Assembly (NCBI GenBank): GCA_030141605.1
Contig: JAQGDQ010000750.1
Location: 1 to 64,000 of the forward strand
DNA: 64,000 nucleotides
DNA from: Tubiluchus corallicola
Taxonomy: Eukaryota; Animalia; Priapulida
Direction of reading: 5' to 3'
The notes under the pieces: generated by a model
Database searches by the model: none
What the model was told of the DNA's origin: nothing
Seen by the model: only the letters and a program-made list of their open reading frames with translations
Part shown: in pieces, positions 38,197-51,236 of the stretch
Layout of the letters: each line of letters begins with the position of its first letter
Position numbering within the stretch: position 1 is the stretch's first letter
Translations under genes and position numbers: made by a program

Positions 38197-38324
38197 GCAG
38201 GAGATCGGCAGTACGACGACGGCAGCGGGTGATTCGGTCACGACGCCTTCCTCGCAGGCTGAGCTATTCATTGCCGTCTATCCGTATACGTCCAATGAAC
38301 CTGGTGACCTGAGTTTTGAAGCAA
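38197..38324 (+). CDS. ITSN1: Intersectin SH3C N-terminal half (ELFIAVYPYTSNEPGDLSFEA), phase 2-1
   Basis: aacag acceptor, gtaagt donor; matches ITSN1 EFIAMYTYESSEQGDLTF. Confidence 0.92.
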
Positions 38325-38803
38325 GTAAGTTCAATGTACCTGAGTTTTCAAGCAACTAAGTTCAATGTACCTGAGTTTTCAAGCAAGCAAGTTCAATGTA
38401 CCTGAGTTTTCAAGCAAGTAAGTTCAATGTACCTGAGTTTTCAAGCAAGCAAGTTCAATGTACCTGAGTTTTCAAGCAAGTAAGTTCAATGTACCTGAGT
38501 TTTCAAGCAAGCAAGTTCAATGTACCTGAGTTTTCAAGCAAGTAAGTTCAATGTACCTGAGTTTTCAAGCAAGCAAGTTCAATGTACCTGAGTTTTCAAG
38601 CAAGTAAGTTCAATGTACCTGAGTTTTCAAGCAAGTAAGTTCATTGTACCTGAGTTTTCAAGCAAGTAAGTTCATTGTACCTGAGTTTTCAAGCAAGCAA
38701 GTTCAATGTACCTGAGTTTTCAAGCAAGTACGTTCAATGTACCTGAGTTTTCAAGCAAGTAAGTTCATTGTACCTGAGTTTTCAAGCAAGTTAATTCATT
38801 GTA
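38307..38803. repeat. 31-bp tandem repeat, about 16 copies, spanning an exon donor
   Basis: acctgagttttcaagcaa|gtaagttcaatgt unit. Confidence 0.96.
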
Positions 38804-39712
38804 CGTCTCACCTGTAGGTCATTTGATAACAAAGGTCATGATTATCATGGGTCGGCATCGAACATTCGAATGAGGTTTTTTTCGAATTCGATTTGAATAA
38901 AAAATTCGACTACATACGTTCTTTATCATAAAAACTTTTGAAACATCATGCAGTCGGCACAGTTTAGTTGTAATTTCTGTCTCACGATTTTTTGACAAAT
39001 TATTAGTGTTCTTGCTACAGAATAAAAGCAAGTAATATGCTTGATCTTTGTGAGACCTCGTATTATTAACGATTCGAAACTCTTGACAGCTAAATTCTAA
39101 TTTAAATCCGGTTTGATTCGAGTTTGAAACTCACAAATTCAATTCGATTTGAATTCTCTTTCTGACAGGGAATTATGTTGACCTGAATATAATGAGAATT
39201 TGACTTATTTGGGCGCAAGTACTACATTTCGTTTTTGATGTGTATTCATCCGCCGAATAAATACACTATTTACTGTAAATGGTAATTTTTTATGATGTTA
39301 GATTTTTTTTAATGTTAGAATTAATATTTTAATATATTTTTATGCATTTTGTGATTTTTTTTTGTGCAAAATTCATTAAATCTATACATTACTGTACAAT
39401 ACGTACTGCGCATGTGCAAAAAAACTTTAGACGGGGTTCCGCAAAAACCTACGAAAGAGCAAAAATACCGCGATAAATATTTTACATTGATATTTTTGAA
39501 AACCCGCGAAACAGCGAGTCCGCAATAAACGAACTGCGAAGTAGCGAGGGAACACTGTACATATCTTAAAAAATAGGCAGAACAACAAAAATATATTTCG
39601 TTGTTTCATTTTGCTACTGCTTTTGTCCGCTGTTGCTGGAAAAATGTGGTCTTATTAGACGGCACGCTGGTTTTGTTACGGATTCAAGATAATCTTTCCA
39701 TTTTTTATGTAG

Positions 39713-39816
39713 ATGATATAATAACTGTTACAAAACAAGATGGCGAATGGTGGACTGGGACTTTTGGCAATAATACTGGAATATTTCCGCATAATTACGT
39801 AACAAAGTACACGGCG
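39713..39816 (+). CDS. ITSN1: Intersectin SH3C C-terminal half ([29 protein letters not shown]), phase 1-0
   Basis: tgtag acceptor, gtaggt donor; SH3 WW and GxFPxNYV motifs. Confidence 0.94.
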
Positions 39817-39879
39817 GTAGGTGCTTTTGATTATTGCAATGAATAATGTTTTCTGAAAAGACTAGTAGTTGTTTATTTT

Positions 39880-40450
39880 CCAGATTTAATCGTGATTGAA
39901 TTTTGTATGCTGAGCATTATCCAGATTTAATCGTGATTGAATTTTGTATGCTAAGCATTATCCAGATTTAATCGTGATTGAATTTTGTATGCTAAGCATT
40001 ATCCAGATTTAGTCGTGATTGAATTTTGTATGCTAAGCATTATCCAGATTTAATCGTGATTGAATTTTGTATGCTAAACATTATCCAGATTTAGTCGTGA
40101 TTGAATTTTGTATGCTAAGCATTATCCAGATTTAATCGTGATTGAATTTTGTACGCTAAGCATTATCCAGATTTAATCGTGATTGAATTTTGTATGCTAA
40201 ACATTATCCAGATTTAATCGTGATTGAATTTTGTATGCTAAACATTATCCAGATTTAATCGTGGTTGAATTTTGTTTGTTTAGCACCCATATTTAATCGT
40301 GATTGACTTTTGTATGTTTAGTATTGTCCAGATTTAATCGTGGTTGAATTTTGTTTGTTTAGCACCCAGATTTAATCGTGATTGAATTTTGTTTGTTTAG
40401 CACCCAGATTTAATCGTGATTGACTTTTGTATGCTTAACATTATCCAGAT
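39880..40450. repeat. 41-bp tandem repeat filling most of an intron
   Basis: ccagatttaatcgtgattgaattttgtatgctaagcattat unit. Confidence 0.95.
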
Positions 40451-40508
40451 TTTGCTGAATTCCAACTTTGGCACCTTGTACTAAGTTAAATTTACAAAAA
40501 TTTATTAG

Positions 40509-40601
40509 CAGCCGCAGAAGGCGCCTCAACCATCCGGAGTGTTAGGTTCGTCAACGTCGGCGGAGAACGTTCGCTCGAAATCGCCTCGCGCTTCCAAGAA
40601 G
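40509..40601 (+). CDS. ITSN1: Intersectin SH3C-D linker exon (QPQKAPQPSGVLGSS...RASKK), phase 0-0
   Basis: TAGCAG (NAGNAG) acceptor at 40509 or 40512, aag|gtattg donor, GC-rich open frame. Confidence 0.8.
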
Positions 40602-41274
40602 GTATTGTCACCTTTATTGACATCAAGTTGCTTGAATTGAGTGTTGAAGATCATCTGTCCTGCTTTCCTGCCGTCCGTCCTTGTCGTGCAGCGATTCCTA
40701 CCTACAACGTATCCGGAAAAATAACAAATTGTTCATTTATTTATGTATTTATTGTTTGCAAAACGTTTTTATGTGATTATTACAAACTTAACGATAAGTA
40801 CAATAGTATCATTTTACCTATTTAGGCAATAAACTAAAAAACATGTAGCAGTCGGGTAGCTGTGTTAGTTTGTAGCGGTAGCTATAGCTGTAGCTGAGAT
40901 TCTGATTTTGCAAACACCCGTTTTCTAATTTACTGCTTTTTAAACGAAAGTAGAAAGAAGATTTTTAGGTTTCTCGCTTGCAAATAACTCTATAGAATGG
41001 TTCATTTCGCCACGTTGCTGGTCTGGTTATGCAATACTTCATCATTGTATGCCCATTACGTTTATTGTACATATTGGGTAAGCAGACTTCAAAAATAAAA
41101 GAAAACACTGGCTTAGCAGTGTCTAGTTTTTCGCTGGATTACTCCTGTGTTTTCCTGTCAGTGATGTTTGCAGTAGACTTATATAAGCTATTCCGTTTCT
41201 GGAAAATGTGGTATAAAGGCAGTAATAACAATCTCATTGTTTCTTAATTCTGTTCTGTGCTGGACGTTGTAATA

Positions 41275-41774
41275 CAGGTGTGTGCAAATTATCTGATTAA
41301 CCGGGCCACATTAAACTTTCCCGCAATTCCTGCGGGTCATAGGCAGTTTGATCAAGGAGCCAAGTACAGAAAGACCTAATAATGATTTTTTTGCATCCGA
41401 CCTGCGTACATCATTACTACTACGCTCAAGAAACTATTTTAGAAGTTATTAAAATTTATATTACAAACCATATATTTCTACTTTCAGGACAGATAGTGGT
41501 AATTTCATTACAATGCATATTAGTAATGTGTATCACACAGTCTGTGTAGTACAGTGACATTAACCTACAACCGTCTTGTAAGGGTTAATGGCATCCGATC
41601 TAGTAGAAAAAACTACCCGCACTATCTTTGGGATTGTGGCACGGACTTCAGCTGGATACACTCAATTAATCGCCCGGGCCGCACTTTCATTAGGTTGACA
41701 AATCTCTTTGCGGGCCGCACAAATTCTCTCGGCGGGCCGCAAGTGGCCCGCGGGCCGCAATTTGCACACCCCTG
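41275..41774 (+). mobile_element. hAT (Charlie-like) MITE, copy 3
   Basis: same family, 8-bp TSD TTGTAATA. Confidence 0.9.
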
Positions 41775-41916
41775 TTGTAATATATTCTCAGAAAAAATAT
41801 TCATTATCAATATTATTTTATCATTTGTTTAAAGCTGTAATGTGCTAGTAAGCTCAACTGATTTTAATATTATGTTTCTCGCGTCAAATTCATCAAAATG
41901 CTGTGATTGAGCTGTA

Positions 41917-43234
41917 CAGGGTGTCTCATAAGTCACTATACACATTACCATTTCTATATTTTTCTAGAAAACAAAGCAAATGTTTGAAAATTAATGCAGA
42001 CGAACTAAAACATTGAGCAGTTCTTTTAGACAAATTAGATGAAAAGCCGAAAGAACTACTGGTCTAGTAGAAAACGTATTTTTACTTCCTTCTTGAGGGT
42101 TTTCAAGAGCTTTAGGGATCCATCCAATAGCAAGTCGGGCACCTTGCATTGAGAGAACATTGCGCGTTGTTGAAAAATTACATTGTTAATAGCGAGAGAG
42201 TAGTGTGGTGTGTTGTTGAAGGAAAACCGGATGATTGTGTACACACGAGCTCAGAATAATTACTAAGCCAATTCTAGCCAGCACGCCACAAACACTTATT
42301 TGAACATCGTATGGGTATAAATATTAGTCAAGTACAGTGAATAATGAATAAGAGTAACGTTGGAAGACGGAATGTAACATTCGCACAAAGGCATGTGCTT
42401 CTTCAGTCTTTCTGGAATTCGACTTCTCCGTAATTCATTTTTGCTCCGCAAACAAACTATGTGAAAATCTTAGCTTAAAGGAAAACCGGATGATTGTGTA
42501 AACACGAGTTCAGAATAAAGAATGCTCTAAAATATTGAAAACTACTATAGCTTTTTTTAAATCAAAGCTTATATCAAATAATAATTACCTCGGATACTCA
42601 AATTTCGTTAAACTTTCAAAGCTACGCGCGTCTCAGTGAATCTACTAATCTACTTTTTGTCACGTTCACGTGGCCGACAAATAAAAGGCGGTACCGTGGT
42701 AACCATGATCATGAACTGCGGTGTTAGTTTCTGAGGTCATGTGATGTAAAGCCCATTTTTCGTGACATCATGCTCTTAAGCAGTAATGTAACACTTACAG
42801 AAAGGCACTTGACGTGTAAGGGAAGGTGCCTGCCATTGCACAAAGTGTGGTTAGTTTCTGACGTAAGCAATAGCTGTGTTCGGTTGCCGTTAATTAACTT
42901 TCTAAGCTAATTCTTCAAACATAAGAAACAATTGTTAACTTTTATAGGCAAGAAAATGTTTATTTTCAACAGTAAATTAAAATGAGATTGAGTCTAAACA
43001 ATCGTCCGGTTTTCCTTTAATGGCGCTCTGAATTTCTGTTAATGGTCAGTTGGAAGGACTTCATACCATGCCGATTTTTCATCTCATTACTAGCCATACT
43101 GCTACATTCAAAAAATAAATAAAAAGTATTGCCAAACATCCAGTTTGATTCTTGTAAAAAGCTTGCCAGAATGGAGAAACATTTGTAAGGAAAATTTGAA
43201 ATCAAAAGTGTATAGTATTTTTTGAGACAACCTG
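41917..43234. mobile_element. Tc1/mariner remnant with a nested TTAA element
   Basis: TIR CAGGGTGTCTCA..CTATACAC / GTGTATAG..TGAGACAACCTG, TA TSD. Confidence 0.7.
42479..43016 (+). mobile_element. Kolobok-like MITE
   Basis: TIR AGGAAAACCGGA, TTAA TSD; second copy 50691-51236. Confidence 0.85.
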
Positions 43235-43404
43235 TATTTTGAATACTTTGCTGATTTAGCTCACATATTGAAGTGCAGTTATGCTTAAGCAAAAATCCCT
43301 GTTTTTTTTTTGCTGACAAATGTTGATTGTTGCTTTTTATAACTTGGTGGCGGGTGCTGATTATTCACTAACACATCTATTCTTTTTCTTCTTTGGCATA
43401 ACAG

Positions 43405-43434
43405 AGAATGGCTCCGGGCGCGCCAGTACACAAG
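43405..43434 (+). CDS. ITSN1: Candidate 30-nt in-frame microexon RMAPGAPVHK
   Basis: cactaac branch point, pyrimidine tract, acag acceptor, aag|gtcagt donor, phase 0-0 like the host intron. Confidence 0.6.
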
Positions 43435-43750
43435 GTCAGTATGCCAATCTGCTTAGATATTTGTGACACGCGATGTAAGAATGACTGCAGGAATGGTCGT
43501 TTAGAGAGACCGGGTCTCGTCTTCAGTTCCGGGAAAAGACGGTCGAGTCGGGTGCCTGTGAACAAGGGCACCATGGCAGATGTAAAGTGTCGCGGAGAAA
43601 TCGGCCATTTGTTAAATCTACCCTCACAAAGTTCAGGTTTAATGAAAGGATCATGATAATGTGGATTTTAGAGGGTTTTTGTGACGGCAAATCCGTTTAA
43701 GTTAAAAAAAGAGCGCCAGCAAATATGGCACTTCAAAAAAGGGGTTGTCG

Positions 43751-45137
43751 TTAGGGTGAGCGTTGAACATTCAGGTTCGAACGCGTTTTTTTACTTCGAA
43801 TTTGATTTGAACCCAAAATTACAGATTCGAATAATTCAGCAATTCTTCCACATATGTTCTTTATCATTAAAATGTTTGAAGCAGCAGCAGCAATTAGCAG
43901 AATTTAGCTGCAGTTTCTGTGCAAAATTTTTAACAAACTGATAGTGGTTTACTGCAGGACAAAATCAAGTAATATGCATGATCTTTGTAAGACCAATTTT
44001 TACTACTGGTTCGAAAACTTGTTCAAAAATCTTTCAAACTCGATTCGAATTCGATTTGGATTCGAAATACCGAAATTCGGTTCGATTTGATTTCGGAAGT
44101 CGCAAATTCGACTCGATTCGAATTCGCTTTCTGGTCGAAAATGCTCACCTCCATTTGTCGTCCCTTAGCTCATCTGTTTTACAACTTTGTGTAAGCGTTT
44201 ATTTATGTGAAATAAATAAACAAACAATAAAAAAGCGTTACACCCTCCGGTAGTCATTTACCATAAGAAATAAGTTCTGTGACTGTGAGTGAACTACAAC
44301 AGCTTCATTTTTCACTGTTGCCTCTCCATGAGGAAGCTGCAGTTAAGAAAAGAGGCCGTTCAACACCCGATCTTCAAATATAACTACAGCATTAAAATTA
44401 CATCTGTTTGTTTCGTTTTACACAATATTAAAACAATGGCTAAAAATGTTCTGAAGCAGCACCCCCACTAATTTTAGCGATGTGTTTAAGCTATTTTGGC
44501 CACTGGTGCAAGATAAGATGTGGTAGATATGTGACTACGTTAGCTTATCGACTCATTTGCTATAATATTTCGAAGGAAACTCAACTCTCTACCGAATTTC
44601 ATTATTTCTAGTCCAGATCAAATTCAAATCGAGTTTGAAAGACTTTTGAACAAGTTTTCGAACCAGTAGTAAAAATTGGTCTTACAAAGATCATGCATAT
44701 CACTAGATTTTGTTCTGCAATAAAACCACTATTAATTCGTTAAAAATTTTGCGCAGAAATCACAGCTAAATTATGTTAATTGCATGATGTTTCAATCGTT
44801 TTAGTGATAAAGAGCATGTGTGATTGAAGTGCTGAATTATTCGAATCCATAGTTTTGGATTCGAATCGAGTTCGAACTGAAAAAACTTTCGAATCGAATT
44901 CGAGCGTTCGATGCTCACCCCTACTTGATTTTGTTCTGCAGTAAAACCACTATTAATTCGTTAAAAATTTTGCACAGAAACTGCAGCTAAATTGAGCTAA
45001 TTGCTGCTGCTGATGCTTCAAACATTTTAATGATAAAGAACGTATGTGGATGAAGTGCTGAATTATTCGAATCCATAACTTTAGGTTCGAATCGAATTCG
45101 AACTAGAAAAACTCGTTGCAACGTGAATGTTCGATGT
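43751..45137. mobile_element. Rearranged hAT-like repeat cluster rich in TTCGAA subterminal motifs
   Basis: tagggtgagc... start, ...gctcaccccta at about 44922, long inverted similarity; related piece at about 38850-39160. Confidence 0.6.
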
Positions 45138-46208
45138 TTTTGGGGCAAAACGCTTAGTAAAGTGACGCCGTGTGAAGCAATAGTGAAAATATTGTTCAGG
45201 TTTAGATGATTTTTCGAAACTTGTTACCTGTAATGTGCAGCAGCTCTAGCTGACGGAAAGCATTAGTACATTCTGAGATTGAAATGTATCTTTGCTGCAT
45301 TGATTCATCTACTGCAGTTTCATTGTTACTTCGCGTGTCGCCATTTTCCTACCGTTTCCTTCAGTGGTTTTGTTTTATGTAAGTTTTTTTTTATTTTGTG
45401 TTTGTCTACTATCTGCTACTTAACATAAAATGAATATTGAATATGTACTCGTGTTTTAGTAAGTTTTTAACAATTTTTTGAGATTCTTTACCGAAAAACT
45501 CATGCATCGTGTAACCGTTAGCGCTACTTGGTGTTCCAAGAGAAACGTTACGGTAGGAAATGCGACCAAATGTAAAAAATGAGCTTGGAATTCTGCATTG
45601 TGACATCATCACGATGTAAAAACGATACTGTATTTATGACGTCATCATTCCAATTTTCCTACCATGTTAGACCTATTTCACGGTGAAAACGCTTGGCAAA
45701 ATTCCGGGCCGAAAAGTTTCCCGTGGCACTAGAATGGAACGCGTCGTTTTCCTTCACGCCGACACCTCGTGAGGAATTGCAATTCCCTCACCTCTTGAAG
45801 CTATGCATTCTCTTCGTGAGGAAATTTGCTGCTTTTACAGACGTGCTGCATGTTCCATTTTCAAGGGGAAATCTTTGCGGAATTCACACTAAATTTTAAC
45901 TGAAATTTAGCTGCTCATTTACTTTCGTGTTTAGCGAACAAGCATTAATCTCAGTTGCCATAAAATTGTAAATTTTCAATTTCTATTTTAACGTACAGCG
46001 GACTCTTTGTTTTATTAGTGCAACAGTGATGGTTATATCCGTGAAAAAAAGAAAATGACTCACGCACCTATTTATTTTATATACGTATGTTATCAGTTAT
46101 TGAAGTTGTTAGTAGAACTTGACTCAAAAAACAAACAGGTCTTGACATTACATTGACTAACATCATTTACTGTACTTAGTATATGAGAAATGTGCCACAT
46201 TAGCTTAA

Positions 46209-46662
46209 CCCTTTCATACCCGTTGTATCCTGTGGGATACGAGAATATTTTCTGCCTTTAAAATTAATAAAATTTCAAAACTGACAGTTATTTGATCTGT
46301 TAATAGTTATTTTGATTTAAGCCAATAACAATAGACTAAAAATGGTGATAAAATGGCAAACTAGAAAATCTACATAGCATAAAAAACTGCGCAAGGTACA
46401 GTACTTTAGAGATGACTTTGTACAGATCAGCATAGCATGCATACTAAATGTCTTAAATACTTTAAAAAATTATCAGCAGTTGCAAAATGAAGCACATTTT
46501 ATGCTTCCATTGAATCCCAATGTATCCCGTGGGATACAGGCTATATTTAGCACGCGGGCACAGGTAGAAAAAAAATTATGTGTAAACAAGATGGACATAC
46601 TGAACAAAAGTACCAAGCTAAAAAAAATTTTCTTATTAAAAAATAATTTGCGACTGAAAGGG
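46209..46662. mobile_element. piggyBac-like MITE
   Basis: TTAA-CCCTTTCA...TGAAAGGG-TTAA. Confidence 0.8.
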
Positions 46663-47064
46663 TTAATCTAGACGTGATTATACAAAATATCATACAACAA
46701 AGTTCACTTTTTCTTGCCGTGGTAGTGCGCATTCAGGAGATAAAAAAGTCATGAACCGTTTCGGATGCTGAGCGCACTGCAAAGATGACGGTAATTAATG
46801 CTGTCGTAATTAGCGCTCAGTAAAAACATTACATCGTCCTTGCTGACCGTGATAGCGAGTAATAGCTACCAGTCTGCACCTCACAAAGTAGCTGGATGTG
46901 CGTCAGAAAGAAACCGCGCGACTTCAGTGTGTAATGAACTTTCTTGCTGCATGGGTTTTCAAAAAAAATGCAGCAATTTCACTATGAAATGGGCCTAACT
47001 TGGTACGACTACACATATAATCGTTCGCGTGGCGTAATGGTTGGTATGGTTATAGCATCTGTCG

Positions 47065-48027
47065 TTGTACTGTTTCTTTTGGAACACCCTGTAGTTACAT
47101 ACTACCGCTGTAAACTCAAGTTGTACTGTAGCTCCCTTTTCTCTTACATTTACGTACTGTTTCTTTTGGAACACCCTGTAGTTACATACTACCGCTGTAA
47201 ACTCAAGTTGTACTGTAGCTCTTTTTTCTCTTACATTTACGTACTGTTTCTTTTGGAACACCCTGTAGTTACATACTACCGCTGTAAACTCAAGGTGTAC
47301 TGTAGCTCTTTTTTATCTTACATTTACGTACTGTTTCTTTTGGAACACCCTGTAGTTACATACTACCACTGTAAACTCAAGTTGTACTGTAGCTCTTTTT
47401 TCTCTTACATTTACGTACTGTTTCTTTTGGAACACCCTGTAGTTACGTACTACCGCTGTAAACTCAAGTTGTACTGTAGCTCTTTTTTCTCTTACATTTA
47501 CGTACTGTTTCTTTTGGAACACCCTGTAGCTATGTACTACCGCTGTAAACTCAAATTGTACTGTAGCTCTTTTTTCTCTTACATTTACGTACTGTTTCTT
47601 TTTTAACACCCTGTAGTTATGTACTACCGCTGTAAACTCAAGTTGTACTGTAGCTCTTTTTTCTCTTACATTTACATACTGTTTCTTTTGGAACACCCTG
47701 TAGTTACATACTACCGCTTGTAAACTCAAGTTGTACTGTAGCTCTTTTTCTCTTACATTTACATACTGTTTCTTTTGGAACACCCTGTAGTTACATACTA
47801 CCGCTTGTAAACTCAAGTTGTACTGTAGCTCTTTTTTCTCTTACATTTACGTACTGTTTCTTTTTGAACACCCTGTAGTTACATACTACCGCTTGTAAAC
47901 TCAAGTTGTACTGTAGCTCTTTTTTCTCTTACATTTACGTACTGTTTCTTTTGGAACACCCTGTAGTTACATACTACCGCTGTAAACTCAAGTTGTACTG
48001 TAGCTCTTTTTTCTCTTACATTTACAT
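47065..48027. repeat. 90-bp tandem repeat, about 10.5 copies
   Basis: gtactgtttcttttggaacaccctgtag... unit. Confidence 0.96.
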
Positions 48028-48115
48028 TTTACCTATTATGAAACTGAATATTTCATTTTCAATCGAAAGTGTTGAACAGAGCATTGTGAACAAAAACGTT
48101 CAATCGTTCTCTTAG

Positions 48116-48238
48116 GAACAAGCGTCGGTTCTTGCGCCGTTTACGCCAACGGGACCCGACCAGCTGCCTCTGGAACTAGGACAAACTGTCACCGTGTTAA
48201 AGAAGAGCGAAAGTGGGTGGTGGCAGGGTGAAATAGTG
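48116..48238 (+). CDS. ITSN1: Intersectin SH3D N-terminal part (EQASVLAPFTPTGPDQLPL...GWWQGEIV), phase 0-0
   Basis: cttag acceptor, gtacgt donor; matches ITSN1 EIAQVIASYTATGPEQLTL. Confidence 0.93.
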
Positions 48239-48933
48239 GTACGTTCTCATTCTTATAAGAAATAACAGATTTAACGAGGTGAAACTCTTTAATTCGCTGA
48301 CACATCGCCGCTTAACGACCGGTGATGGCTCAGGTACAGGTACTGAAGAACTGCAGCGCCCCCTGTTTTCACTCAATATTATCGATAATATTCAATATAA
48401 TACATCCTTTTTCTTTTCTTCTTTCTTCATACTTGTACGGAACCAGAGCACGTAAGGGTAGTACTGCTTGCTTCACAGCTCAGCGCAGTGTGTTCACAGC
48501 TCAAGCAACGCGGTGTTTGGTTGTTGTGCGCACGAGGCCATGAACACTTGTGAGATAAGATGTTGCACTTTAAGTAGAAAAAGTACTGTCACTCACGCAG
48601 TGTGTGTTGTCAGTTGTCATGTGTATAAAAGCCGTGCACTGGCATATTCTTTAACTGCGACAATTCAAGTTATTCTTAAACAAACAATACTTTTTGTTTA
48701 TCAAGTTTATGTATAAATTTTCGTATGTTTGTTTGTTTAAACTTACAATTATCACATAAAATTGCATATATATATATAAGATTTTATTCACACACATTAC
48801 ATATTATAACTGTGCAATTCATCAATGTTTGTTAGTAATAATTTACAGTCACTATCTTTTTTTGCAAGTCCAATCTGTAAAAATGCTTTCTTAATATCTG
48901 CAGTAATTGCAACTTTTCATCTTTTAAACTTAA

Positions 48934-49607
48934 AGGACAAGAAAAGGGGCACCTGAAGTAGGTTTCAGAAAAATCACCTTAAAAAATTATACTACTTTAC
49001 AGCAATTTTATGCACATATCGTATTTGTGTTGAAAGGAATTTTCGTTTGTTTGCATTTTAAATCTCGCGCAATATTGTGCCGACGGCGCCATTACATGAC
49101 ATCACTAAAATACGTAAATCAGGGGAAGAAAAGGCAATGTAAAATTATGACACAAAAAAACTTTCCATGCAAATCTATATTACTTAGCATTTCACTTACC
49201 TGGTGGAAACACTAATGTAACTAGAGTAATCATTTAAAATGTTTGTGCCAGTTGGTAAAATGTCGCTGAATCACCCTCCAGAGTGCGCCACTCACTAGCC
49301 AAAAAACGTATTTTTAATCTTATTGACAAGATACTGTAATTTAAAATTCTACTTAATTAGCAACATGTATGCTACGAATGCTCTGATTATTTTTTCAGAC
49401 TTTACTTAATGTTATCAAAAACTTGTTTCAAACGACCTACTATTAAAACGGCTGCGCCTAACGGTCACCGCGGGAGTTTAAATTTACACGTTTTATACAG
49501 CGTTACAGCCGATGCAAGTCATGCATACGAAAAGGTAGTATGTAAGTGGTATAAAATTTCGAAACAAATTTTTTAAGCTTTATGTGAGTGGAGGGTTTTC
49601 TTGTGTT
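48934..49607 (+). mobile_element. Kolobok-like non-autonomous element
   Basis: TTAA flanks, ACAAGAAAA TIR core; related copies at 54539-55183 (inverted), about 21030-21375 and about 15980-16250. Confidence 0.72.
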
Positions 49608-49915
49608 TTAAGCAAAACTGCCACCAAAAGAGGTAAAAGGCACATGCGACATTTAAGCCTATTATTAGAATTTAAATCATGAGTAATCACTAACTCAAAG
49701 AACGTTCTGTTACATTTGTTCCATAACAGCACATTTATTACCACAAAATCCTAAAACGGAGTGTGTTACTGTGTTCCATTTGTTCAAGAAAATTCTGTTA
49801 TAAACGTTCTGTTACATTTGTTCCATAACAGCACGTTTATTACCACAAAATCCTAAAACAGAGTGCGTTACTGTAAAGCGGAAGTCTGAATTCCTGCTTT
49901 TTATATTTCTTGCAG

Positions 49916-50090
49916 GGTAGTACACACGGTAAAGGCTGGTTTCCCGCAAACTACGTAAAGCTGGCCCCCGGGAGTAACGCGGGAACGCCCACGCCTGCTC
50001 AAGGCGACTACGACAAAGGTCCTTCGCCTGTTCCGACAATCAGCGTTCAGCATGTGGATAATTCCGGGAAGTCGCTCGACACTGGCACAG
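49916..50090 (+). CDS. ITSN1: Intersectin SH3D end and linker (GKGWFPANYVKLAPG...LDTGT), phase 0-1
   Basis: tgcag acceptor, cag|gtaatt donor; GWFPANYVKL motif. Confidence 0.93.
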
Positions 50091-50690
50091 GTAATTCACC
50101 TAGTAGATATTAATCATCTTTTTTTTTTTACTTTTATGCACTTTTGTATGAAAATTATTCCCCTGTTTCTCCAAAACTGTCGATCTGCTAAGCCATGTGT
50201 CATCCTACATAGCCAATCAGTAACAACATTAGCTTTTTTCTGAGCCGTATGTAAGCTACGATGATCCCTGACTAGGCAATTTTGTTGTCGTTTGAAAACT
50301 TTTGTTCATTGCTAATGTCGGATTAAAAATTTATTGTTAACGGTCATTAAACTAGAAGAATTTTACATCTTTCATTATTGCACCTGTCATCGCCTAGATT
50401 ATATTACATTTATATTTATATTTACTTCTGTAGAAAATTATCTGTATTTTTATTATAACTCTAAGATGCAGAGTGGAAATAAACAAACTTAAACTTAAAG
50501 CACCATTTTCATCAGCATCAGCTTGGTCGTGTTATTTCAAAAGTAGTTTTTGTTTTGACTGATGTAATTCATACCATCTTGCAAGATATAGGAATGAAAA
50601 GTCACGACATAGCAGACTGCAGCGCGCATTCAGTAATAGCAGCAATTTTTTCTGCAAGTTTTGCCCACCCATAGGCATTCTATGGCTTAA

Positions 50691-51236
50691 AGGAAAACCG
50701 GATGATCGTGTAAACACGAGTTCAGAATAAAGAATGCTCTAAAATATTGAAAACTACAATAACTTTTTTTACATCAAAGCTTAAATTAAATAATAATTAC
50801 CTCGGATACTCAAATTTCTTTAAACTTTCAAAGCTACGTGCGGCTCAGTGAATTTACTAAGATTGGCAACGGCGCTTTTTTGTCACATTCGCATGGCCGA
50901 CAAATAGAAGGCGGTACCGTGATAACTATGATCATGAACTGCAGTGTTAGTTTCTGACGTCATATGATGTAAAGCCCATTTTCGTGACATCATGCATTTA
51001 AGCAGTACTGTAACGCTTACGCAAACTTGCTTGACACGCAAGGGAAGACGCCTGCCATTGCACAAACTGTGGTTAGTTTCTGACGTAAGCAATAGCTGTG
51101 TTCAGTTGCCGTTAATTAACTTTCTATGCTAATTATTTAAATATAAGGAACAATTGTTAACTTTATATGCAAGAAAATGTATATTTTGGACAGTAATTTA
51201 AAAGGAGGTTGAGTCTAAACAATCGTGCGGTCTCCT
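50691..51236 (+). mobile_element. Kolobok-like MITE, second copy
   Basis: same TIR and body, TTAA TSD. Confidence 0.85.

Noticed and set aside
46944-48115. 220-aa repetitive hydrophobic ORF
   Set aside because: 90-bp tandem repeat with frameshifting units.
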